64,000 bases of DNA. Origin: Glycera tridactyla. Taxonomy: Eukaryota. The first letter of the stretch is position 1. Each line of letters begins with the position of its first letter. The notes under the pieces were generated by a model. It was not told the origin of the DNA and searched no databases. It saw only the letters and a list, made by a program, of their open reading frames with translations. The position numbers were made by a program, and so were the translations under genes. Positions 51,001 to 61,309 of this stretch are shown in pieces. Location: positions 92,070,001 to 92,134,000 of the forward strand of contig OZ286464.1 of assembly GCA_965644265.1 (NCBI GenBank). Direction: 5' to 3'.

Positions 51001-54000
51001 TATTACTCGAGTACCCAGCAGCCACTGTTCATCCACTTGGGCTCACGTTTCTGGTGGGCTGATGCACGGGTGGGGGCTGAGTCATAGATAGGTGGCTTGG
51101 TTGGAGTCCCAGACTCAGCTAATGCCTCGGGACCGTCGCGATCCATGTCAGGGATAGGGGGTGAGGCGATAGCATCGGGAGCTGGAGGCCTCAGAGGGGC
51201 CGGAGGCATGGTAGGGCGCACGCCGCTCATTTCACTGTGGATTAGAGAATTCTGACCGTCCGCCGAATCTTCATCGTCCCTCAGGAGGGTGTCCATATAT
51301 GACTCGGGAACTGACAAATCATTTTCCAGACACCGGATGGGACCTTTCGGTACTGGTACCGTTTCTTTGATGGGGAAACAATCAACCTGTCGTACTGTAT
51401 ATGTCTTAGATCTGAGTTGGTCACGTGTGAACTTCCTAATTTGACACCTGTCCTCACCTAAACTGGTTATGATATATTTGTCTCTGGCTTTGGTCTTGTC
51501 CTTCTCACCTGCGACGTAAACAAGATCACCAACCTTGTGGTCATGCTGCGGGGCTAAGCCGTGGCCGCGGGATTTAGACAATGAGCTCGGGCCATGATTC
51601 ATGTGGCGTGTACGGTTCTGGTCGAGAATAACCTCGCAGTCGTCTATAGGGACCTGTTTTCCTGTGAGTTGGTCACGTTGCGTCCAGAGTTCCCGGGCGG
51701 ACAGGCCTTCGCGACGGATGCGCGCGTTCAGTGAAGATGTGATCAAGGCAAGCATTGTCCTGGTCAGGGGCCCTCCTTCCGGGTAGTGGTTGAGACACTC
51801 TATGCCAAGCTCCTCAATAGCCCGTTCCGCAACAGGGTTTTTATTTTTATTTTTAGGATCACCAATATCCAGGGATATCCCATTACTAGTAAGGATCTGG
51901 TCGTCGACAAGGGCAACGAAACCAACAGCCGAATCTGTGCGGACAATCGCGCCGCAATCGCCCAGACAAACCATGTCGGCGCATAGCTGCAGGAGACCAT
52001 CACGTAGATCTTCATGTCGCTCACTATCCACGAGACATGTTTTGGTGTAAGAGGTGACGCACTCCCTAAGAACTAGTACATGTTGGCCGTTGCGCCGCAT
52101 GACGTCGGCGGCAAATCTGCAACCAATCATGGCTGGGGGCGGACCAGTGGATTGAGCTTTCAGGTAAGGTGGGATGGTCATCATCGACGGACAGTGGTGA
52201 CATGCTGCTGTGACGGTGTCAACTGCGCGTTCCGAGTCCAAAGCGAAAAAGTGCCTGTTGAAAAGTTGTTTCAATTGATATCGCGTAGGATGTTGGAATT
52301 TTATGTGTAATGCGGTCAGTATGCCGTCCAGCACGTTGCGCGGTACAGCAATGCGCTCTTGGGATGGTCGAAAGGGTATGTCATCACGAACAATGAGCAA
52401 ACCGTCGTTGGCAATCCTCAGTTGTCGAACATAACGCTTCACATCAGGGATGTTTGTGATCTTTTTGGACGGCCTCGTGCCCTGGGACAGGTGAGCGTGG
52501 GACCGTTTCAGGTCAGGGCATTCACGCTGTGTGGTCAACCAGGCCACTCGGTTGGTAAAAGGCATTTTGAAACGCCCCTCCAAGACATCTTTGACTGTGA
52601 TGCTGCGTACCGTGCAATCCTCCATCTCCGAGACAAACTGACAGACTTGGCATGATTGGTCTTCACAGCTGGCCGGGTTCCTGCTAGCGAAATCCGAGGG
52701 AAGGTTAGCAACCCCCGCAATGTGGCCAATTTGAACAGAGTAACGGCTAACCGTCGACAGAAAGGAAGTTACGCGTGAGCTGTTGGAGAACTCTCCTCGA
52801 TTTAGCTTATCGTAGGCCAGGACACATGCACGGCTGTCCGTCAAAACTTGGACCCGGTGGGCTGACTGCACAATGTAAGCAGCAAAGTGACGGACGGCGG
52901 CTCCAATGGATAGGGCCTCTATTTCACACGGTAGCCATGTGACCTGATGCTTGCGGAGCTTGGCATTGTAGAAGCCTGCCAGCTGTAGTTTGTCGCCTCG
53001 CAGCACGTACATGGTTGCGCCAATGCCGCGCTCTTTAACTGATCCATCAGTCACAATCCATATGATATCTTGGGGGCGAGGAAGGGTTATGGACCTGCAT
53101 TGGACTAATGCTCGCTGCGCCCTCTTGAAGTCATCGAGTAACTCCTCCGACCATTCAATGGATACTTTCGACTCTTTACCGGCTGTGGCTGCTTCAAGAG
53201 GGTGAAGGATATTAGCATATCCCTCCAAGACTCGACTGAGGACTTTGTAGGCACCCACGAAGGATCTCAGACCCTGTACTGTTTTCGGTGGGGAGACAGA
53301 TGCAAGGGCACTAACTTTATGTGGACTGGCCTTTAGGGTACCCGCTGACCAGATCCAGCCCAGGATGGTGGCTGATTGTGGGCATATGATTGTCTTATGC
53401 GCAGACAACCTGATGTTGTTGGTGTTGAGAACGCCCAAAACCTTGGTCCAGGTTGCGAGCAACTCCTCGATTGTGTTCCCGCCACAGTAGAGGTCATCGG
53501 CCAGTTTGGCAACATGTCCATCCTGGACCAACTCTCCTAGCATGCGACACATGAGCTCTTCTAAGCAGGTTTCAGAGCCGGGCATGCCCATTGCCGACCT
53601 TGTGTACACACGGATGCCTTTATAGGGAGTCGCAATACCGCAGAACTTCATCGACTTCTTTGACAGGGGAATCTGATAGAAGGCTTGCGACAAGTCTGAT
53701 ATAATAATGTAGCGCCAGCGGGCTATGTCCCGCAATACACCATCAACATTGGGCATCAGCGACGGTTGTGGTTTGCTGTATTGTGCCACTTCACCAAATG
53801 ACGTCACGAGTCGAAAATCGCCACTTGGTTTACGGACCAGGAAGGAAAGGTTGAGGTATTCTACGTTTATTCCGACGTCCTCAGGTTTGGCGAAGACGCC
53901 TGCACTCTCCAGCTTGTCAAACTTGTCCTGTAGGGTCTGAAGCATTTCCCTATTGTAGTGAGGGAGCCGTGCCTTTCGCTGAGGAGGCAACACGGGTCCC

Positions 54001-57000
54001 ATGTTCACAACTGCCTCTATCTTTCCGCTCGCGCCGTTGTATCTTCCGACCTGTGGGTCGAAAGTGCCGTCATATTTCAGGTGCAGGTCACGAAATTTCG
54101 CTGTCTCCGCATGTGAGAGCTGGTTGTCGGGATCAATGATCACGTGGCGAGAATGCGGTTCGCCAGAGGTAGGAGTACTCGGAATGGTGCTGTTAATCCC
54201 TCTGGCGCATGTCTCCGAAGGATTTAGGATCGTGATAGGGCGAATGTGACCAATGTGCTCGTGTTTTCTCAATAGGACCGTGTTGTCTGTCTCGTTGACG
54301 ACTCGGATCATGCGACCGACAGATGGGATTTCCTGTGGGGGTGGCCACGCAGAGTTTGAGGTTCGGTTACATGTGCTATCGAATCTGGGCTCAAGTGCCC
54401 ATATGGTGTCAGAATCACACTCGTCGGGTGCGGCGAGTTCAATATATTCACCCGGGAGCAAGGCAGTCTGATTAGGGGGACAGCGCACCAGGAAGCTCTG
54501 AGTACGACGCACCGTGGGTCTGCTCTGGGGTTGTTGGCCGTAGTAAACAATCTTGGATCCGCCTATCACAACTTGTCGTTTCGCAGGCCGGGTTGCGATG
54601 TCATTCCTCGAGAGGAAGGGATTGCCCGCTAAAATTTCGACATCAAGTTCGTCAACCACAAGAGCATCCAGGTCAAAGATGTCGCCATCACGGGTAACCT
54701 CGCAGTGCACTTCACCAATCACTTTCAGGGGGGTGACGCCGTCGGCTTGTCGTGCCATCTGGGAGGCGGGCACGATGGGGAGACCTACGCGTCGCGCGAA
54801 GTTAGCATGCACCATGTTGGTGGTGGCACCAGTGTCCAAAGTGAGCTTGACGTGATGGTGGCCATAGTAGGTATGTAACACTGGTGATTGAACAATGCTG
54901 ACACGACGGACGGAAGGGTCGTCCACCAGTGCGTTTGGCAAATCGTCGTCAGCCAAGGACTCCTCATGGTGGTCTGCGTCATCATCTTCGTCGTCTCTCA
55001 CAAGTCTGGTGCGGGCTAGTCGGCGCTTATCGTATTCCGGCAAGAATTTACACTCGGACAAATAGTGGGTCCCAGATCCCGGCCGGTTGGCGGTTTTGCA
55101 CAGCACGCAGGATTTGAAAGAACGTCGCTTTGGCTGGAACCTTCCGTTGGACGCACCAGTGCGAAACGCCTTACTGTCCTCAAGATTGCGCAACTCATCC
55201 AGGAGGGAGTCGAGAGCCAGGCTAATCTCTGGTTTGATCGATTCGAGTGACTGGTTACGCAGTTCGGCACCATACTTTTGCTTCACGAGTTGTGGTAGAC
55301 CAGGATGGACGAGCTGGAGCCATATAACAACAACGGTATTCTCTAGTGTCGGAGTCATGTCCTCGTCGGCGTCAACGTTCACACCGTGATGTTTGATATT
55401 GCCGGTGGTCGTCAGGAGACTATCTTCAACAAAGGCAGTTAGGCGCTGAAAGAGGTCCTCCGGACGCTCGTCAGACTGTAGACGAATGTTAGCCAAGTCC
55501 AAGAAGTGGGCGCCCGACGACTGAAAACCATAATGTTGCCTGATTTTCTGCCAAATATCACTTAGAGATGTGGAGCTGTTAGTGATGGACTTTCTTGAAA
55601 TCACCGGGCAATAATTAGCTATTTGTCCAAGCATAAGGGAAAGAGTGGCAGATTTCTGTTCGGCGGTGCGCTTGTCAGATGCCGATACAGTATCATCATC
55701 ATCAGTGAGGCCGTAATGTGGCTGAGCTGATGTCTTCTTGAGCCAAGTGCAAGAGTCTCTCATGAAGGGCTTGAAATTAGCATCTAATGACAGAATGTAT
55801 GTCAGATTGGTCCTCCAATTCTCAAAAGAGGTAATGGTCTCATTTCTGGTCAAGGGCCACTGTTTTGGTGCCTTCTGGCCTGCCATGACGATTGTACAGT
55901 AACACAAACACAGTGAGCGATATTGAGTGTACTTGCTGTTTGCTGAGCTTCAGCCAGTTCCAATGGTTGTAGAGAAGGGTCCGAGCGGCGAGATGACCTC
56001 TGTGTGTTGAAGTCTTGTCAAAGGCATGGGTAAGGAGCGCTGCCACCACGCCAATGATGAACAAACGACACTTGGTTTCTCAAAATATATTAAGAACTGT
56101 GCATGGAGACAGCATGGTGTGTAACAGGAAGTCCGAACGGACTTCCGTGGGCACCGCGCATGTGCGGTGAATATCACAACAAAACATCGTGCGTATACGC
56201 GTACGTACGCGCGATGGCGCTCTAGGCATACACATTTTTCACGTCCCGTGGCTTCATGCTTAGGACAAGTTTGACTGTAAGCTCTGCAGCAAAGCTGTGT
56301 GGGCAACACCACTAATCCATCACATCAACTGCTCCAAGAATGATTAAAACACCAAGAATCTTCTCAATTAACCATTCCCTTTTTAGCAAGAAACTTCTCT
56401 TTCTAAATCATACATGTTTCAGTCATCATCAATTAAAGAAATAATTTTTTTTAAAGTTTCCAGCATCTTGCAACTGATGAACTCATATCATCATACTTCC
56501 TGCAATGTAATGACTGAACATTGTTCACAGTCAATATATCAATCAATGAATTGCAATCAATTGATTCTTAGAGTGGGTAAGCACTACTATTCAATTACCT
56601 ATGTTTTGTTTGTTTATTTTGACTTGTTTTGACTGATCTCAGTCCAGTACCACTGTCAGAGCCTGAAGGTTCTGATCTTCCCAGTGCAGCTGTTAGCTAT
56701 TTATGGGTGATTGGTCTAATCTTGGGCAGGCGCAACCCTCTGCCTGTGATTGAATTTTGAACCTCCTCTCTGGTGCTTGCATGTGTGTGTATGCTGAGGA
56801 GGTGTATCAGTGTAGCTGGTTTTTGACCTCACTTATTCTAGCGCCACTGCTAACCTAGGACCATTGTTTTCAGATCCCAGATAGGCGCTCACACCATCAC
56901 CCAGCCCTGGTGGTGTGTAGCTCTTGCCTCTTTCCGTGTTTAGAGCTCAACACTGAGGAGCCCAGATCACTTGCATAGTCTGTGACTATTGGTGTAGTGA

Positions 57001-58055
57001 ATGGTTCACCCATGCCAGTAATGCATCCTCACACCCCGCTGTGGTCACCCATCCCATGACTAGCTGCAGTCACAGCTGTTCTACATTTGGGTCAAGTGTG
57101 AAGACGCTACCACTACACCATGCAGCGCCCCTATGAATGTTTCATTTTGAGTGATAATCATTTCAAGGGTAGAAAATGCGAACTTACCAACTATGAAGTA
57201 TTGTATGACAGCATCGGGTCCTATGTCCTTGTCGGTGGCTTCTACTTGGCCGACATATTGGCTGGGTGGAAGGTTCTCGGAGATGTTGTAGGTGTATGGG
57301 ATAGTACAGCAGTTCTGTCAACACAACACATCATCAGTCACTGTCTATCAAGAAGCACCTCAAGATTGAGGATCTGTATTCAATGAAAACTGCTCCTCCA
57401 ACATGCAGTGCAACCTACTCAAGAGAACACCTCTATACACAGCCCACTTGCCTACAAAGACCACTCCGGCACCATTTTATTCAGTGAAGAAGGTTCAAAG
57501 TTAGTTGTGGATACCATCATGATTGTATACTGGTCCCGCAGGTGCAAAACTCTATTTGAATGGAAAGATTTTAGGTTGGTTTCTTTATCATCATATGAGT
57601 TTCTAACTTTTCTGATTGATACGCCCTTCTAAATGATGTATATAGCCATACAAGATGTGTTTAAAGGGTGTATGCAGTCTATCAGATGACCTGTATTAGG
57701 GCACACAACAAAGAAAAGTGGTACATGTAGACAGCTGAGAAATCGCTGAATCTGTGCATATTGTGGTTTTCACATAGCAGCCTGCATGTAGTGCCATGCG
57801 CCAAGAGTCAGCATCCCACTCACCTGATACTGGGGGAATTCTGGGTCATTGTCACCGATGTCTTCGATGAAGATGGTGAAATACCGCTGAGAGGACATCA
57901 CTGGTATACCACTATCCCGTGCAACCAGGATCACCTGGTGAAGCAAAAAGATTTAGTCACTCAATAATATTCACATAATATTCATCACATAACAAAGACG
58001 AGTCATGGAGTGGATCAAGAGAAACTTTAGGAAATTGAGTGACTGATTGATTGAC

Positions 58056-58094
<39 letters not shown>

Positions 58095-61000
58095 TTGATT
58101 GCAGATCAGCAGCACACAAAGTTGTGTTTGTGATCCACAGGAGCTGAATGCTATGTGCCAAAGAGCATTTCATGACTCACCCTTAGAGATCAAGCAAACG
58201 CTCAATACAATTTCAATTTCACAGAAATCAGTCTAATGGAATATCAGAGAACTTTTGCTGAAACCAGATGATTGCTTGATATCCTGATAGCTCTTACCAG
58301 GTTTTACTTTACACAGATCAGGACAAAATTGCATCAGTTCAGGATGACAAATGAATCATTCAAGATTGCAACAAGTATGTAGTTTTCTTAAGCAAGTGAA
58401 GTACCCAAAAATGCCTTTGCCAAGTTTTTTCAAAACAGCCAGGGATGAGTAAGTCGTGCATTTGAACTCACCTGATATGTGTCTCTGGATTCACGGTCGA
58501 ATGTGACACGAGTTGTGATGACTCCGGTGCCGGCGTGGATCTCAAACTCGCCGGTTTGTTGGGATGGCTGTCCATTGTAGAGGAAGTAATAAGTCACGTT
58601 ACTGTTGGGATCTTCATCCACTGCTAGCACGGTTGTAACAAACCTCCCAGGTGGCTGGTTCTGATCAATAAGAACAAAATAAAAAGAGAGGCAAAGTTAG
58701 ATACATTAACAAAATCAATACTTTTTTTGCACTCAATGACCTCGAAATTCAAGATAGCCACTCCAAAATCAGAGGGCATCTTGCTAGACGCTAGGAAAGT
58801 CTATGATTTTAGTTATCATCCAAATGCCATCATTCATGCACTCAGCCACTGCCAGGGGGGTCAACCAGAAATCATAATGCCCTTCGGTGACTACACACTG
58901 CAGGGCATTAAAACATAACCGTACTTGAGAAAGATCTTCATTCTCTTCTCGCACTTCTCATCCTCACACTCACCTCAGGAACACCAACAGACTGCGTGTC
59001 ATTCGAAGGAATTTTCCAGACTGGCGGACCATTATTCGCTGGAATCACAGTGATGATCGCACTCCCGTTACCACTGAGAGGCGGGATGCCATTATCGCGG
59101 ACCTGTATCGTTAGGTTGTATACACCATCTCGATCCGTCAGCGGCGTGTTGGTGCTGATGACACCAGTATTTGGATCCAAGCGGAACATACCTGCAAGTT
59201 TCGATCATACACTTCACCAGATTGGTTGCTTGCATAACAATGTGCAAATTACAATGTGGCCCTGCACCTTTTGCACAGGTTCCATTGTACATAACTGTGT
59301 GTGTTACGTACACCCCGTATAAACTGACACTGGAGTGTAATGTTGACTGAGTATATCTCATGTTGCCTACTACTCTACTCTCTCACAGAACCTGAAAGAC
59401 GACTACTTGAGGCAATGACATATATGTATATGATTTGCATGTGCAAATAGTGAATTAATTGCCTAACGTATACAATGACCACCCTCAGTCACCTCAAAAA
59501 GTGGTCACTGTAGACAAGCTACCTTTGTAGAGAGGTTGTATACTGTAGAAATTACTATCAAAGTCACTGCTCCAGACAACCTTTGTATGGAGGTGACCTT
59601 TGTATGGAGGTGACCTTTGTATGGAGGTGGTCTCAAGCTGGTTACGACAATATTTGCAGTGATGGCGTCATAATGTGCATGTCCCTGAAGTATTTCATTG
59701 CCTGGGGTATATATATACTCATGCTAGTGTTAAGTATCAGTCAAAATAGATGAACTTCTCCTGGATACTTGATTGTTAAAAACTGTGTTCCGTTTTGCGA
59801 GGAGTGATGATGTACTTACCACCACCATTTCCTCCGACGATATAGTATGTGAGAATAGAGGTGCCATTTGCATCTGGATCATACGCCGATACTGTGATCA
59901 CTTCTGTGCCAGGTGGCGCTGATTCATCGACCGTACCATTCCACACATCACGAACAAACCTCGGGTTGTTGTCATTCTCATCCATCAGGTAAACATACAA
60001 CTGAAACAAACAGGCAGTCATTACATATCATTTACTCAGTGCTTCATTCATCTTCAAAGTTTTTTGTTCAAATTCAGAACAAGATTCATTGTGCAAGACA
60101 TAGTCAGGAAGTATTCATTGCCAACATCTAGACTTGAACCATCCTTGCATTCAAAAACAAGTTTCCACTATGAGCTGGTAGACAAATTGAATCCCATTTG
60201 AACACCCGAGTAAGGGATGAACAAATGAAGATTCCATTCATCACTCAAGGCAAGGTAAATGTATGCTGTCCACCAGCAGATCTACAAGAGGAAGTCAATG
60301 TATACATAGACAGAATTGCACAAGCATCCCATAGCGAGTTGTTCATCAAACAAGTGGCAGCAAGCATAGGGATATCATGAGTACATGGCAGGAGGGATAC
60401 ATTTATTCCTATGGCTGCTGCCACCAGTTTGATGATACCTCGCTACCGGAAGCAAGTCCTATTCTGTCTTTATTATATGACATTATTTTAGAAGAAATAT
60501 TTTTGTGAGGGAATCTAATCAAGGCTTTAGGTGATATACATGACGATCTTTGAGAACCAGTCTCCTGGGACAAGGGACTACAGTTGTACTTCTTTATAGT
60601 AAAATGTGTGGATGCATCAGTGACACGACAGGCTTGTGGCATGCACATGATGAACATTGTAAACTATCAAATGCGCGATCCTGCCAGTTGACCAGTGACT
60701 TCAATTATGACTTTATGACATGATTGTCTCAAGATGATGTAGATTCCATTCACAGAAGTATTGCTCGCTCATGGCTCACCCAATGGTTGACACAAGTTTG
60801 TATGCTACCCATCGATATCCAAGCAAGTCAGCTCTTTAGTACACACTAGTCATTAAATGTAGGGGATGGTCAAATACTGAGTACTGATCCATTACCTAAG
60901 GCTACCTGCCTATATGGAACCATGGCTAAAGTCACAAATTACTAGGCATCAAATGATAAGCAGAGTTTGAACTTACCGGAACTGTTGCATACTTGCGAAC

Positions 61001-61251
61001 ACTTGGGTTGTTGGGACTGTCGTATGCAGTAACTGACAGTTCAAGCATTGCTTCCTGCTCTCGATCAAGACGAGCAGGGTTCACAACTGTTACCACTCCC
61101 TGCAAAAAAGAATATAAGTAAATCATCAAATAATAATAATAATTACAATTTTAATAATAATAATAATATTGATAATAATAATAATAATAACAATGAATAA
61201 TGATAATTATGACAATAATAATAATTTTTTTTTTCTTCGGGGGCGCACTTC

Positions 61252-61309
<58 letters not shown>

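Larger units (their letters stand above)
49939..56279. mobile_element. MITE split by the Gypsy insertion (halves 49939-50058 and 56220-56279)
   Basis: TACAGTCAAACT and AGTTTGACTGTA termini flank the retroelement; the left half carries the CACTATAATTG motif of the family. Confidence 0.8.

Noticed and set aside
51601-55389. Short overlapping or antisense ORFs inside gag-pol
   Set aside because: Expected shadows of a GC-richer coding region; no motifs.
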